Part shown: piece after piece, positions 1-16,643 of the stretch
Layout of the letters: each line of letters opens with the position of its first letter
Numbering within the stretch: the first letter of the stretch is position 1
Assembly: GCA_005882255.1 (NCBI GenBank)
Contig: VBEZ01000124.1
Coordinates: 69,953 to 133,952, forward strand
DNA: 64,000 bases
Source: Chloroflexota bacterium
GTDB taxonomy: Bacteria; Chloroflexota; Limnocylindria; P2-11E
Direction: 5' to 3'
Position numbers and translations under genes: made by a program
Notes under the pieces: model-generated
What the model saw: the letters and a program-made list of their open reading frames with translations, nothing else
Told to the model about the DNA's origin: nothing
Database searches by the model: none

Positions 1-872
1 TCCTCGGCGTGTCGCAGGATCGTGTACATGATCGCGACGACGCCGACGTAGACCAGCTGTGACCAGCCGAAGGGATTCGGGTGGCCCAGGGCGACGAGGC
101 ACGCGATCGCCCCCGCGGTGATCGGGCCGACGAACGGGATCGTCTCGAGCAGGCCGGTGAGCACCCCGAGCAGCACGCTGTACGGCACGCCCAGGAGAGT
201 CAGCCCGATCGTGGTGACGGTGGACATGAGCGCCACCAGAAGGAACTGACCTCTGATGTAGCGCCCGAGCATGACGTTCGTCTCACCCAGCACCTGCACG
301 ATCTCCCGGCGCTGCCGGTTGGGAAGGTTGCGGCGCACGAACTCGTACAGGCGAGGCGCGTCTCGCAGCAATAGGAACGTGGCGATGAGGAACACGAGGA
401 ACTCGAGTAGGAAGTGCCCCAGCCCCACGGCGAAAGGCAGCGCGGTGCGCTGGGCCATCGCGGCGAGCTGCCTCTCGATGTCATCGACGTTCGGTCCGAT
501 CAGTACCTTGTCCACGTCACTCAACCCGAGCTGGTCGAACACGTTCGAGATCGTGAGCGTGGCGTTCGCCAGCAGTACCGGCCAGTTCTTCTCCAGGTCA
601 CCGGCGTTCTCCGCGATCCGCGGGACGATGAGCCTGCCGCCACCAATAATGATTGCAAGCAGGGCGACGAAGACGGCGAGCGCTGACACTGTCCGCGACA
701 GGGTGAACCGTCGTTCGATCGCACCCACAACAGGTAGCAGGATGTAGGCGACGATCAGACCCCAGATGAAGGGCTGGACGATGTCCCCGGCGCGCCAGAA
801 AAGGACGATCGCGAGCACGACAAAACCCGCCACCACGGCACGTTTGGTCGTAACGCTCCAGCGAGCTCCCAT
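1..872 (-). CDS. AI-2E family (PerM/UPF0118) transporter; ATG at 872, 3' end runs off the window start
   Basis: Manual minus-strand translation gives MGARWSVTTKRAVVAGFVVLAIVLFWRAGDIVQPFIWGLIVAYILLPVVG... It is polytopic with AI-2E-like motifs. It is absent from the ORF track because no stop lies inside the window. Confidence 0.7.
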   Translation of the reverse strand, partial: MGARWSVTTKRAVVAGFVVLAIVLFWRAGDIVQPFIWGLIVAYILLPVVGAIERRFTLSRTVSALAVFVALLAIIIGGGRLIVPRIAENAGDLEKNWPVLLANATLTISNVFDQLGLSDVDKVLIGPNVDDIERQLAAMAQRTALPFAVGLGHFLLEFLVFLIATFLLLRDAPRLYEFVRRNLPNRQRREIVQVLGETNVMLGRYIRGQFLLVALMSTVTTIGLTLLGVPYSVLLGVLTGLLETIPFVGPITAGAIACLVALGHPNPFGWSQLVYVGVVAIMYTILRHAE

Positions 873-1113
873 CCCGCCACGAATTATCAGGCAGGCGGTG
901 CCATGGCCTGCGGTCGTTCGGACACATGCGACGGAGTTGCCGACAACGCATGGCTGTTAGAGCCCGCAGAGTGTTCTAACGCAGGGAGCGCAGGAAGTTG
1001 GGAAACACGCCCGAGGCTCGTTTCGGATAGAATTAGGACCACGAAGGGCTCTGTTTCGTTCCCAGTTTTTCCTAGATTCTGCGGTTGATGATTCACGTGT
1101 GACAGGGGGCGAA

Positions 1114-1905
1114 ATGACGGTCCTCGTGGTGAGCAATCAGAAGGGCGGAGTGGGGAAAACGACGACGGCAATCAGCCTCGGCGCGGCCATCGTTGAGCGC
1201 GGCCAGAGGGTGTTGATCGTCGACCTCGACCCGCAGGCGAACGCCACCAGCGGCCTGGGAATCAGCAAGGAGCGGGCGAATGGCATCTATGGCGTGCTGC
1301 TCCGAGAGCGTCCACTCGCCGAGGCGATCGTGCCCACAGCGCTGGCCGGTCTTGACCTGGTTCCATCCGGTCCCGAAATGGCCGGCGCCGAAGTGGAGCT
1401 CGTTCCGGTGATGGCGCGCGAATACCGACTTCGCCAGGCGCTTCGCGGCACAGCCCACTACGACACGGTGATCATCGATTGCCCGCCGTCGTTGGGCCTT
1501 CTCACCATCAATGCGCTGGCCGCAGGCGACGGCGTGGTCGTGCCCGTCCAGTGCGAGTACTACGCGCTCGAGGGGCTGGCGCAGCTCCTCGCAACCATCG
1601 AGGCGGTCCGCGAGCGGCTCAACGAGAGGCTCGAGGTCCTCGCCATCGTTCTCACGATGGAGGACCGCCGCAACCGTCTCTCGATGCAGGTGATCGACGA
1701 GGTTCGGAAGCACTTCCCGAAGCTCGTGACGCGCGCTCGCATTCCCAGGACCGTGCGCCTCGCAGAGGCGCCAAGCCACGGCAAGCCGATCAGCCTCTAC
1801 GACCCGCACTCACGTGCCGCCCGGGCCTACGCTGACCTGGCGCGCGAGCTCTTGAGCCGGCTCAAGGCTCGCGAGCCGATCGCGCTCTCCGGAGCGATCG
1901 CCTGA
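1114..1905 (+). CDS. parA: ParA/Soj chromosome-partitioning ATPase
   Basis: Deviant Walker A KGGVGKTTTAISLGAA and a DLDPQANATSGLG motif. ATG at 1114 sits behind a GGGGG RBS, inside the ORF that opens at 1099. Confidence 0.9.
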   Translation: MTVLVVSNQKGGVGKTTTAISLGAAIVERGQRVLIVDLDPQANATSGLGISKERANGIYGVLLRERPLAEAIVPTALAGLDLVPSGPEMAGAEVELVPVMAREYRLRQALRGTAHYDTVIIDCPPSLGLLTINALAAGDGVVVPVQCEYYALEGLAQLLATIEAVRERLNERLEVLAIVLTMEDRRNRLSMQVIDEVRKHFPKLVTRARIPRTVRLAEAPSHGKPISLYDPHSRAARAYADLARELLSRLKAREPIALSGAIA

Positions 1906-2774
1906 TGGCGCGCACTGGACTCGGGCGCGGGCTCGATGTGCTTCTCGGCCAGGCACCCGGAGCGTCAGCGCCGACCCTCCAGTCGGTCGGCGCGACGGAG
2001 ATCCCGCTCGAGCGGATCCGCCCCAATCCGCAGCAGCCGCGCTCCAATTTCGACGCCGACGGCATCGCCGAGCTCGCGGCATCGATAACCCGGCACGGCG
2101 TGCTGCAACCAATAGTGGTTTCTAGGGAGGGCGACGCCTACGAGCTCGTGGCCGGCCACCGTCGCGTGCTGGCGGCGCGCGTCGCGGGCAAGACGACCAT
2201 CCCGGCCGTCGTTCGGGACGACGTGCGTGACCGTCTCGAGCTCGCGCTCGTGGAGAATCTCCAGCGCGCCGACCTCAACGCGATCGAGACCGCGCGCGCT
2301 TACAAGCTCCTTATGGAGACGTACGACCTCACGCAGGAGCAGGTCGCTGAACGGGTGGGGAAGTCGCGCTCGCAGGTCGCCAACATGCTTCGCGCCCTCA
2401 CCGCGCCGCAGGCGCTGCAGGACGCAGTGCTCGAGGGGAAGATCAGCGAGGGCCACCTCCGCGCACTGCTTCCGCTACCTCTTTCGGATGCGCTCACCGC
2501 GCTCGCGACGATCATCGCACGGCAGCTGTCCGTGCGAGATGCGGAAGCGCTCGCGCGAAAGATGGTGCATCCGCCGCGACGCGGTACATCGCGTCCGCGC
2601 CTGCGCGGCGGCGATCCGGATCTCGCGCAAGTGACGAGCGAGCTACGTGCCGCGTTGGGCACCAAGGTGGAGGTCCTGCGTGGCCGCAAGGGCGGGCGCA
2701 TCGCCATCAATTACTACTCCGACGAGGACTTCGAGCGTCTGTACGAGCTCCTGGTCCGCGCCGGCCGGGCATAG
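1905..2774 (+). CDS. parB: ParB/Spo0J partition protein
   Basis: ParB box [20 protein letters not shown] and an HTH. The ATG overlaps the parA stop (TGATG). Confidence 0.9.
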   Translation: MARTGLGRGLDVLLGQAPGASAPTLQSVGATEIPLERIRPNPQQPRSNFDADGIAELAASITRHGVLQPIVVSREGDAYELVAGHRRVLAARVAGKTTIPAVVRDDVRDRLELALVENLQRADLNAIETARAYKLLMETYDLTQEQVAERVGKSRSQVANMLRALTAPQALQDAVLEGKISEGHLRALLPLPLSDALTALATIIARQLSVRDAEALARKMVHPPRRGTSRPRLRGGDPDLAQVTSELRAALGTKVEVLRGRKGGRIAINYYSDEDFERLYELLVRAGRA

Positions 2775-4981
<2,207 letters not shown>

Positions 4982-4982
<1 letters not shown>

Positions 4983-5506
4983 TGGCACGACTCTCGGAGC
5001 TGGGCGTTGACTTTGACCATTGGTGCTTCGCCTGCGGCCGTCTGAATGAGAGCGGGATGCATCTCGATTTCGACGTCTCCCGCGGGCGCGCGGAGACGAG
5101 CTGCGTCCCCGACCGCCGTCATCAGGGATACGACGGCACGGTGCATGGCGGCATCGTGACCGCGCTCCTCGACGAGACGATGGGCTGGGCGATCTTCCAT
5201 CAAGGCATCTGGGGCGTCACGGCTCGGCTGACCGTCACGTTCAAGCAGCCCGTCCCTGTGGGTGAAGAGCTGCGTGTGACCGGCGAGGTTGTGCGCGAAC
5301 GCAGCCGCTCGATCGAGACGCACGGCACCGTGTCGCGCGCGAGCGACGGCGCGGTGCTCGCGGAGGCGGACGCCGTCTTTCTCCTGATGCCGGACGAGCG
5401 CCGGCGTGAGCTCGAGCGACGCTACTCGCGCACCGACGAGACATTCGCCCGCGTACGCGCCGCGGTCGCGGCCGAAGAAGGCGTCAGGGAGCACGGCAGA
5501 ACGTGA
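4982..5506 (+). CDS. PaaI/hotdog-fold acyl-CoA thioesterase
   Basis: HGG motif context [18 protein letters not shown]. The ATG overlaps the gyrB stop, and the stop overlaps the gyrA GTG start (GTGA). Confidence 0.7.
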
Positions 5507-8481
5507 TCGACGAACCCAAGAACGACCGCGTGATCGGCATCGAGCTCGAGCAGGAGATGCGCCAGGCGTATCTCGACTACTCGATGAGCGTGATCGTCGC
5601 GCGCGCGCTTCCTGACGTCCGGGACGGCCTCAAGCCGGTGCAGCGCCGGATCCTCTACACGATGCACGAGATGGGGCTACGCAGCGATCGACCGCTCCGC
5701 AAGTCCGCGGCCATCGTCGGAGACGTGATGGGGAAGTACCACCCTCACGGCGACGTCCCGATCTACGACGCGCTCGTGCGCCTCGCACAGGACTTCGCGG
5801 CCCGATATCCCCTGGTGCAAGGCCAAGGGAACTTCGGTTGCTTCTCCGGTGACACGAAGGTCGAGTTGTACAACGGCGAGCAGAAGACGCTCGCGGAGCT
5901 GGTGGAGATGGCGCACCGAGGCGCCCGTGTTGATGTCTTCACCGTCGACGCACACCGCAACGTGCGCATCAAGCCGATGCGCGCGCCACGCCTGGTCCGC
6001 CGCAACGACCCGGTCGTGAAGATCACGCTCGAGTCAGCTGCCGAGATCGTGTGCACCCCCGACCACCGGTTCATGCTCCGCGACGGCACGTACCGCGAGG
6101 CGCAGCAGCTGAAGCCGAAGGACCAGCTCATGCCCTTCGCGCGTTCGTCGATCCCCGAACGCCTGCACCGCACGGGCGCGTTCCCGATACCTGCGAGCCT
6201 CGCGCAGAAGGTCGCCAAGGTCGAGCCGGCGGGACGCGCCGACGTGTACGACCTCACCGTCGACATCACGCAGAACTTCGCGCTCGCCGCCGGGATCTTC
6301 GTCCACAACTCGATCGACGATGACCCGCCGGCGCACATGCGCTACACGGAAGCCCGGCCGGCGGCGATCGCGAACGAGATGCTCGCGGACATCGACAAGG
6401 ACACCGTCGACTGGATACCGAACTACGACGGTCGGCACATGCAACCCGTCGTCATGCCAGCCCGGCTGCCGAATCTCCTCGTTAACGGCTCCGCCGGCAT
6501 CGCCGTCGGCATGGCCACGAACATCCCGCCCCATAACCTGACGGAGATCGCGACCGCGACGCGGCGCCTCATCGACGATCCCGAGCTCACCACCGACGAC
6601 CTCTGCGAGACGATCCTCGGCCCCGACTTCCCGGGCGGTGGTCTGATCTACCGCTTCGAGGAGGAGAAGAACGTCGAGACCGGCAAGGCGGAGCGGATCG
6701 ACGCGATCCGGCGCGCCTATGCCAACGGCCGCGGCCGCATCCTCATGCGCGCGAAGGCGCACGTGGAGGACATGCGCGGGAGCCGCCAGGCGATCGTCGT
6801 CAGCGAGCTGCCGTACGCGGTCAACAAGTCGTCACTCATCGAGAAGATCGCGGATCTCGTGCAGAACAAGAAGCTGGCGGGCATCAGCGACATCCGCGAC
6901 GAGAGCGACCGCGAGGGGATGCGCATCGTCATCGAGATCAAGCGGGACGACAGCGCCGACCGCGTGCTCAACAACCTGTACAAGCACACCGCGATGCAGT
7001 CCGCCTTCAACGTCAACATGCTCGCGCTCGTCGACCAGGAGCCGCGGACGCTATCCCTCAAAGAAGTCCTGCAGCACCACATCGACTACCGCAAAGCGGT
7101 CATCCGCCGGCGGACGCAGCACGACCTCACCAAGGCCAAGGAGCGGGCGCACATCCTCGAGGGCTTCAAGATCGCGCTCGACCACATCGACGAGGTCGTG
7201 AGGGCAATCCGAGCGAGCAAAACACCCGAGACGGCGCTCGCGAGTCTTCAAGAAAAGTTCGGGCTCAGCGAGCTGCAGGCGAAGGCCATCCTCGAGATGC
7301 AGCTCCGCCGCCTTACGGGCCTGGAGCGTCAGAAGATCGACGAGGAGTACCAGGAGACCATCAAGCTCATCGCCGAGCTCGAGTCCATCCTGGCCAGCCC
7401 GCGCCGCATCCTCGGACTCATCAAGAGCGACCTTGACGAGCTCGCCGCGAAGTACGGCGATGAGCGGCGGACGCTGATCGCGGACGACCTGCCGCGCCAG
7501 TTCACCGACGAGCAGCTCGTGGCCGACGAGGACGTCGTCATCACGCTCTCGAGCCGTAACTACGCCAAGCGGATGCCGCTCTCGACGTACCGCGCGCAGC
7601 ACCGCGGCGGCCGCGGCGTCATCGGGATGCAAACGCGCGACGAGGATGATGTCCAGCACCTCGTCATCGCGCGCAACCACGACAAGCTCTACGTCTTCAC
7701 CGACCGCGGCCGCGTGTTCGCGCTCAAGGTCTACGAGCTGCCGGACGCGAGCCGCACCGCCAAGGGCACGCCGATCCAGAACATCCTCGAGGCGATGCAG
7801 CAGGGTGAGCGCGTCTCGGCCCTCGTCGCGCTTCGCGACACGACGTCGGCGGAGTTTCTGATGATGGCGACGCGAAAGGGTTTCGTGAAGAAGACCGCGC
7901 TGTCGGAGTACGCCACCGTCCGGCGCGCCGGGCTCATCGCGATCGCTCTCCGCAAGGCTGACGAGCTCGCGTGGGCCGCGGCATGCGCGAAGGACGACCG
8001 GGTCATCCTCGCCACGCGCAAGGGCAAGGGCATCTCGTTCAAGGCCTCGGACGCCCGTCCGATGGGCCGGCCGACCCAGGGCGTCACTGGGATCCGCCTC
8101 CAGAAGGGCGACGCGGTGGTCGGTATGGGCATCGCGAGGCCGCGCACGCAGGTCCTCTCGGTGACGGAGAACGGGTATGGCAAGCGCACCGCGGTCGAGG
8201 AGTTCCCGACCCAGGGCCGCGGCGGCCAGGGCGTGATCCTCGCCTCGCTGGGCAGCAAGACCGGCGAGGTCGCCGCGATGCAGATGGTCGACGAGGGCAG
8301 CCAGGAGATCCTTCTGATCTCGACCACCGGCGTCGTGATCCGTACGCCGCTCGACCAGATCCGGGTCCTCGGCCGGCCGACAATGGGCGTGAAAGTGATG
8401 ACCACCGGTGACGCGAAGATCGCCTCGATCGCCACCTTCACCACGACCCGACCGACACAGACTCAGCTTCCGGTGAAGTAG
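5503..8481 (+). CDS. gyrA: DNA gyrase subunit A containing an in-frame mini-intein
   Basis: GyrA motifs [15 protein letters not shown] and the C-terminal beta-pinwheel repeats are present. At 992 aa it is about 157 aa longer than usual. The extein junction GNFG|...|[16 protein letters not shown] restores the canonical active-site segment. Confidence 0.93.
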   Translation: MIDEPKNDRVIGIELEQEMRQAYLDYSMSVIVARALPDVRDGLKPVQRRILYTMHEMGLRSDRPLRKSAAIVGDVMGKYHPHGDVPIYDALVRLAQDFAARYPLVQGQGNFGCFSGDTKVELYNGEQKTLAELVEMAHRGARVDVFTVDAHRNVRIKPMRAPRLVRRNDPVVKITLESAAEIVCTPDHRFMLRDGTYREAQQLKPKDQLMPFARSSIPERLHRTGAFPIPASLAQKVAKVEPAGRADVYDLTVDITQNFALAAGIFVHNSIDDDPPAHMRYTEARPAAIANEMLADIDKDTVDWIPNYDGRHMQPVVMPARLPNLLVNGSAGIAVGMATNIPPHNLTEIATATRRLIDDPELTTDDLCETILGPDFPGGGLIYRFEEEKNVETGKAERIDAIRRAYANGRGRILMRAKAHVEDMRGSRQAIVVSELPYAVNKSSLIEKIADLVQNKKLAGISDIRDESDREGMRIVIEIKRDDSADRVLNNLYKHTAMQSAFNVNMLALVDQEPRTLSLKEVLQHHIDYRKAVIRRRTQHDLTKAKERAHILEGFKIALDHIDEVVRAIRASKTPETALASLQEKFGLSELQAKAILEMQLRRLTGLERQKIDEEYQETIKLIAELESILASPRRILGLIKSDLDELAAKYGDERRTLIADDLPRQFTDEQLVADEDVVITLSSRNYAKRMPLSTYRAQHRGGRGVIGMQTRDEDDVQHLVIARNHDKLYVFTDRGRVFALKVYELPDASRTAKGTPIQNILEAMQQGERVSALVALRDTTSAEFLMMATRKGFVKKTALSEYATVRRAGLIAIALRKADELAWAAACAKDDRVILATRKGKGISFKASDARPMGRPTQGVTGIRLQKGDAVVGMGIARPRTQVLSVTENGYGKRTAVEEFPTQGRGGQGVILASLGSKTGEVAAMQMVDEGSQEILLISTTGVVIRTPLDQIRVLGRPTMGVKVMTTGDAKIASIATFTTTRPTQTQLPVK
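5839..6309 (+). mobile_element. GyrA mini-intein (157 aa, no homing endonuclease domain) inserted just upstream of the active-site Tyr
   Basis: It starts with Cys ([10 protein letters not shown]), ends VHN, and is followed by a Ser +1 nucleophile. This is the gyrA-a insertion site known from mycobacterial GyrA inteins. Block B has TPDHRF. Confidence 0.85.
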
Positions 8482-8693
8482 CAGCGGCGCCGACAGGCAG
8501 ACTGGCGGCGCGCACCTTTCAATCGCGCGTACGAATTCGGTCGCAGCAGTACCAATTGCGGCCGTTTGGCCGTTGTTTCGACGCATGCGGGCCGATATGG
8601 TCTCCCGGACGGTCGAGGACCCGGCGTCGCCTGGTCGGTACGACGAGCAGGCAGCCGTCGCGGGAACAGCGCTGTGAGAGGGAAGGCAACGGG

Positions 8694-9370
<677 letters not shown>

Positions 9371-9374
<4 letters not shown>

Positions 9375-10261
9375 GACGCGTCGCCTACGTCCTGAGCGCG
9401 GCGGGCCAGGGCTTCTGGCGCAATCCGGTGATGAGTCTCGCGTCCACGTTCACCGTGACGCTGATGCTGCTGCTGTTCGCCTTCTTCCTCACGACCGACC
9501 GCGGGCTTCAGGCCGCCGTGGGCGTGCTCGAATCGAAGGTCGAGATCGCGCTCTTCATCGACGACAACGCCAAGGTCTCCGAGGTCCTCGCGCTGAAGGC
9601 GCGGATCGAGGCGGACCCCGCGGTATCGCGGGTCGACTACGTCACCAAGGAGCAGGCGCTCAAACGGCTGCAGGACATCGCCGATCGGCGGAAGGATTTC
9701 GTCCTCGCGAACATCGATGGGAATCCGCTGCCGGCGTCGCTCGAGGTGAAGCTCTCGGACGCGCGCCAGGCGAAGCGGTTCGGTGACGAGCTGCGCGCGG
9801 AGGTCGGCGGCGGCGTGATCGCCGACGTCATCGACAATCCACAGGTCGTCGACCAGCTGCTCACGATCACGCGCGTGCTGTCGGTCGGCGGCGTCGCGAT
9901 CCTCGCGATGATGCTGTTCGTTGCGCTGTTCGTGATCGTCAACACGATCAGGATCGCGGTGCACGCGCGTCGCGACGAGATCGAGATCATGCAGCTCGTC
10001 GGCGCGTCCGACGCGTTCGTGCGCTGGCCGTTCATTCTCGAGGGGATGCTCGTCGGGACGCTGGGCGCGGTCGTGGCGCTGTCGATCGTATTCGCCGCGG
10101 CTGGACCCGTCACCGGCGCCATGCTCGACTTCCTGGTCACGCTCCCGATCTCGCTAGGACCCGAATTCGCGTTCCAGCTCGCTGCGAGCGTGCTGGGCGT
10201 GGCGCTGCTCGTCGGCGCCGGAGGGGCGACGCTGTCCGTGCGCGCCCATCTCGCGAAATGA
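9371..10261 (+). CDS. ftsX: Cell-division permease-like FtsX
   Basis: Four-TM topology with a large extracytoplasmic loop. Its start overlaps the ftsE stop. Confidence 0.85.
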
Positions 10262-11631
10262 CACGCCGCGCGCCCTTGACCGGCGGCCGGCCAGAGTGGG
10301 ACCATGCGGCGGCTATGGCTCCCCGGAACGGCCGGGGAGGTGGGTGGAGGAAGAGCGGACTGCGCGCGACCGTCGTCGCGCTGGCGGCGCTCGCCCTCTT
10401 CATCGGCCAGCAGATCCCCGCGGCCGCCGACGACCCGCTCCAGGACGCGCTCCGCCGCAAGGAAGAGCTGGCGCGTGCGGTCACCGTGTCCCGCCAGAAC
10501 GCCGAGCGCTACAAGCAGGCCGCGAATCAGTTCCAGGCCGCGGTCGACAATGCGAATGCGCGCATCTCGGAGCTCGCCGACCAGCAGGCCGCCGCCCAGA
10601 CGGAAGCCGAATCGCTGGGCTTCGCGATCCAGATCGCCGAAGAGCAGCTCGCGCTCGTCGCGTTCCAGCTCGACGAGACAAAGGCCCTCGCGGACTCGCT
10701 GAACGCCCAGGCCGCCGAGGAGCAGCGCCAGCTGGTGGCGCGCGAAGACCTCTATGCGAAGCACCTCGTCGTGACCTACCGGCAGGCGCTGATCAGCCCA
10801 CTCGAGATGCTCCTCTCGTCCCACACGCTGACCGAATTCGCCAACCGCGTGCAGCAGATGATCTTCGTGAACCGCCAGGACCAGCAGCTCGCGAACGAGA
10901 TCCGGAGCCTTCGTGCGGACACCGCGGCGAAGCTCGAGGACACCGCGGGCAAACAGAAGGAGATCCTCGGTCTGCAAGATCAGATCGCGACCCAACGTGA
11001 GGGTCTCGCCGCTGACAAAGCGAAATACGACCAGCTCGTCGCCGACATGCAGACCGCGCTCGATCAGACCGACGCGCAGCGCGCCTTCGCGGACGCGAAC
11101 CGCTCGCAGGCCGTCGGCGCCCTTTCCGCGGCGAACCGCGAGACCGCGAATCTCAACGCCAAGCTCGAGCAGGCCGAGGCGCAGTACGCGATGCTCGCGT
11201 CGCAGCTCGCGTCGAAGAGTGGCCTCGGGGCGTTCAACGGATCGAAGCTCGCGATGTGGCCGCTGGTCGGCCCGATCACGTCACCGTTCGGCGCGAGGTG
11301 GGGCGGCTTCCACAACGGACTCGACATCGCCGCTCCGATGTACACGCCGATCCGGGCCGCTTCGTCGGGCCAGGTCGTCACCGTCGGACGCCCCTACGTC
11401 GCGTACGGCGACACCGCAGTCGTCGTGATCATCGCGCACGGCTACAACTTCTCGACGCTCTACGGCCACCTCGACGACAGCCGCTGGCCGCCAGTCCGGG
11501 TCGGCCAGTTCGTCGCGGCCGGCACGATCATCGGTTACGTCGGGATGACCGGCTGGACCACCGGACCACACTGCCATTTCATGACGATCGTGAACGGGCA
11601 GGCCCGCGACCCGCGCCCGTACCTTCCCTGA
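10258..11631 (+). CDS. Secreted coiled-coil M23 (LytM) peptidase, EnvC/RipC-like partner of FtsEX
   Basis: Signal peptide, long coiled coil, and a C-terminal M23 domain (HNGLDIAAPMYTPIRAASSG...HCHF). Confidence 0.8.
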   Translation: MTRRAPLTGGRPEWDHAAAMAPRNGRGGGWRKSGLRATVVALAALALFIGQQIPAAADDPLQDALRRKEELARAVTVSRQNAERYKQAANQFQAAVDNANARISELADQQAAAQTEAESLGFAIQIAEEQLALVAFQLDETKALADSLNAQAAEEQRQLVAREDLYAKHLVVTYRQALISPLEMLLSSHTLTEFANRVQQMIFVNRQDQQLANEIRSLRADTAAKLEDTAGKQKEILGLQDQIATQREGLAADKAKYDQLVADMQTALDQTDAQRAFADANRSQAVGALSAANRETANLNAKLEQAEAQYAMLASQLASKSGLGAFNGSKLAMWPLVGPITSPFGARWGGFHNGLDIAAPMYTPIRAASSGQVVTVGRPYVAYGDTAVVVIIAHGYNFSTLYGHLDDSRWPPVRVGQFVAAGTIIGYVGMTGWTTGPHCHFMTIVNGQARDPRPYLP

Positions 11632-11957
11632 GCCTAGACCAGCAGCTCGTCTTCGCGGCATTCGCCGCGGCGCCTCGCTGCCACGCTCAAGGCTGGTGGA
11701 CGCTCCCTCGCCGGAGTGAATCCGGCTCCGTCGCGGCCCCCCGCTGGATCACATTCCCTAACGATCTCGTTTGCGACCTACCTCACATTGACGGCGCCGC
11801 CGCGCGCGTGTGAGCATGGATGACGAAAGAAAGGAGGTGATGTGGAGTGGGCGATGCCAATGGGAAACCAAAGACCCAGGGGCGCTCACTTCGGCCTTTC
11901 GTAATGAAACCAACTGAGGTGATCGCGACCTAACCCGCGGTCTTTGGAGACCCGGTG

Positions 11958-11993
11958 ACAGCGGCGGCAGAAATGCCGCCGCTGTCTCTTTTT
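11958..11993 (+). terminator. Strong rho-independent terminator: 12-bp perfect stem, GAAA loop, T-tract
   Basis: ACAGCGGCGGCA-GAAA-TGCCGCCGCTGT followed by CTCTTTTT. Confidence 0.8.
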
Positions 11994-12014
11994 GTCCCTC
12001 TGTACGCTCTCGGG

Positions 12015-14705
<2,691 letters not shown>

Positions 14706-14738
14706 CGGCCCCGAGCGTATCGCTGGTAACGATGTGGT

Positions 14739-15035
14739 CTAACCTCCGGCGGACTCGACCCTCGGTTGCTCGAGGTCCGCGGAGAAGAACGTCTTGCCAC
14801 CGCACTGCGCACACCTCGCCGGCGCCGCCGCGCCGTGGGTGATCGTGCCGCACGACTCGCACCGGAAATGGCGCTGTCCGCCGGTCGCCGGAATGACGGC
14901 GGGAGCTTCAGCGAGCAGCTGTCGGATCCGGCCGAGCTCGTGCGCCACGGCGATCGCCTCGAGGCCCGCGCCTGATTGGTCGGCTTCGATGAGCTGCTGC
15001 GTGAGCGCGTCGATCCGGCGCATGGCTTCTTGCAT
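14739..15035 (-). CDS. Small zinc-ribbon (CxxC...CxxC) protein with an N-terminal coiled coil
   Basis: MQEAMRRIDALTQQLIE...FRCESCGTITHGAAAPARCAQCGG. GGGAGG RBS then ATG. It is the only believable part of the 449-aa shadow ORF 14739..16088. Confidence 0.55.
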   Translation of the reverse strand: MQEAMRRIDALTQQLIEADQSGAGLEAIAVAHELGRIRQLLAEAPAVIPATGGQRHFRCESCGTITHGAAAPARCAQCGGKTFFSADLEQPRVESAGG

Positions 15036-15107
15036 CGTGACCTCCCTGCGGACGTGGAGAGGATACGTCTCACACCGGGCGCCCGAGCGACGTCCTAATC
15101 TCGGGCG

Positions 15108-15992
15108 ATGCCGTATCTCGTCTTCATGGGTTGTTGCCTCATCTGGGGGAGCACCTTCCTCGCGATCCGCGTCGGCAACGAGGCCGTGCCACCGGTCTGG
15201 GCCGCGACGATCCGTCTCGTGCTCGCGGCGCCGCTGCTCACGCTCCTCGTGCTGGCGACCCGTCAGCGCTTCCCGCGCGGGCCTGCGCTGCGCGGCGCTC
15301 TCCTGTTCGGGATCTTCAACTTCGGGGTGAATATGTCGCTCCTCTACTGGGGTGAGCGCGTCGTGCCGAGTGGGATCGCCGCGGTGCTGTACGCCACCGT
15401 GCCGCTCTCGACGGCGCTCATCGCGGCTGGGATGCGCGTCGAGCGTCTGGTGGCGAGCAAGGTCGCTGCCGCGATCGTCGCGATCGTCGGCGTGGCGATC
15501 ATCTTCGCGGGCGAGCTGAAGCTCGACGTGCCGCTCGAAGGCCTCATCGCGATCTTTCTGGCGGCGACGGCGGCATCGCTTTCGAGCGTTTTCCTCAAGC
15601 GAACGCCGCAGCCATCGGCCATTGCCGCGAACGCCGTGGGCGCCGCGGCCGGCGCGATCGTGTGCGCCGCGGTGAGCCTCGTGATCGGCGAAGACCACTC
15701 GCTGCCAAGCACGCTCGCGGGCTGGGGGCCGATCGTCTACCTCACCCTCGCCGGGTCGCTCGGTGCGTACGTCCTCTACACCTGGCTCGTCCAGCATTGG
15801 CCTGTGACGAACGCGAGCATGGTCGGTGTCGTCGTGCCGGTGCTCGCCGTGATCCTGGGCGCGGTCGCGAAGCAGGAGCAGCGCTCCGCCGAGTCCTACC
15901 TCGGTGCCGCGGTCGTCCTGGTCGCCGTCATCGTCGCCCTGCGGCCCTGGGCTGGCACTCGCTATGCGGGAGGTCCGGCGGTCGCCAAATAG
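15108..15992 (+). CDS. DMT/EamA family transporter
   Basis: Ten TMS with two EamA repeats. Confidence 0.8.
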   Translation: MPYLVFMGCCLIWGSTFLAIRVGNEAVPPVWAATIRLVLAAPLLTLLVLATRQRFPRGPALRGALLFGIFNFGVNMSLLYWGERVVPSGIAAVLYATVPLSTALIAAGMRVERLVASKVAAAIVAIVGVAIIFAGELKLDVPLEGLIAIFLAATAASLSSVFLKRTPQPSAIAANAVGAAAGAIVCAAVSLVIGEDHSLPSTLAGWGPIVYLTLAGSLGAYVLYTWLVQHWPVTNASMVGVVVPVLAVILGAVAKQEQRSAESYLGAAVVLVAVIVALRPWAGTRYAGGPAVAK

Positions 15993-16005
15993 CAGGAGGG
16001 CCGCC

Positions 16006-16638
16006 ATGCGTATCGATCTCGGGGCACCGGTCCGGACCAAGGACGGCCACGGGGCCGGACACGTGAAGAAAGCGATCTGGGACCCCAAATCGAATCAGAT
16101 CATCGGGTACGTCGTCGCGACCGGGGGCCTTCTCGGCCACGAGGCGGTCGTCTCACCTGAGTCGATCGAGGCCGCGAAGCGCGAAGGCGACGACGTCATC
16201 CTCAACCTGACGAAGAAAGAGCTCGACGAGCTCGCGCGTTACGAGGCGTCCGATTATTCGCCCCCGCCGGTCGACTGGGTCGCCCCGGCGGTGTACGCCT
16301 ACCCCGCGGCGGGTTATCTCCTGCCCCGCGGCTATGCCGACGCCGCTCCGAAGGTGCCGCGGGAACCGATCGAGCACGTCCACGAGCCCGAGATCCGCAG
16401 AGGAATGCGCGTGCGCGACGCGAATGGGGAAGAGATCGGCACCGTCGAGGAGGTCAGGATCGAGGAGACGACGGAGAAGCTCCGCGGGGTCGTCGTGCGA
16501 CGCGGTGGCGCACTCGAGCGCATCGCCGGCGGCGGCCAGCTGCTCGACGTCGACGCCGAGCAGATCGGCCAGGTGGAACCAGACGAATTGCGTCTCGTGG
16601 CCAGCGGCGCCGAGCTCTTCGGCCGCCAGCACGCGTAA
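16006..16638 (+). CDS. Tandem PRC-barrel domain protein
   Basis: Two PRC-barrel-like repeats (GAPVRTKDGHGAGHVKKAIWD...; GMRVRDANGEEIGTVEEVRIEE...). AGGAGGG RBS. Confidence 0.6.
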   Translation: MRIDLGAPVRTKDGHGAGHVKKAIWDPKSNQIIGYVVATGGLLGHEAVVSPESIEAAKREGDDVILNLTKKELDELARYEASDYSPPPVDWVAPAVYAYPAAGYLLPRGYADAAPKVPREPIEHVHEPEIRRGMRVRDANGEEIGTVEEVRIEETTEKLRGVVVRRGGALERIAGGGQLLDVDAEQIGQVEPDELRLVASGAELFGRQHA

Positions 16639-16643
16639 GGGGG

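Noticed and set aside
8482-8693. Possible riboswitch, or small gene, in the 210-nt gyrA-ftsE spacer, including an imperfect GCGGCGCC...GGCGGCGC hairpin.
   Set aside because: I recognised no conserved aptamer motifs. The hairpin is imperfect and lacks a U-tract, so it is only a weak gyrA terminator candidate.
11849-11923. A 24-codon ORF MWSGRCQWETKDPGALTSAFRNETN with a perfect GAAAGGAGGTGA Shine-Dalgarno.
   Set aside because: Nine of 24 codons end in A or T, in a genome that almost exclusively uses GC3. It is more likely part of a structured RNA or leader; it is mentioned in a finding but not called as a CDS.
11790-11955. Considered as tmRNA because of its position right upstream of smpB, and as a TPP riboswitch because of GGGGCGC...CTGAGG...ACCC fragments.
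   Set aside because: The true tmRNA, with tRNA-like ends and a YALAA tag, is at about 20410-20760 on the minus strand. The TPP-like fragments lack the conserved junction and pyrimidine-sensor helix spacing.
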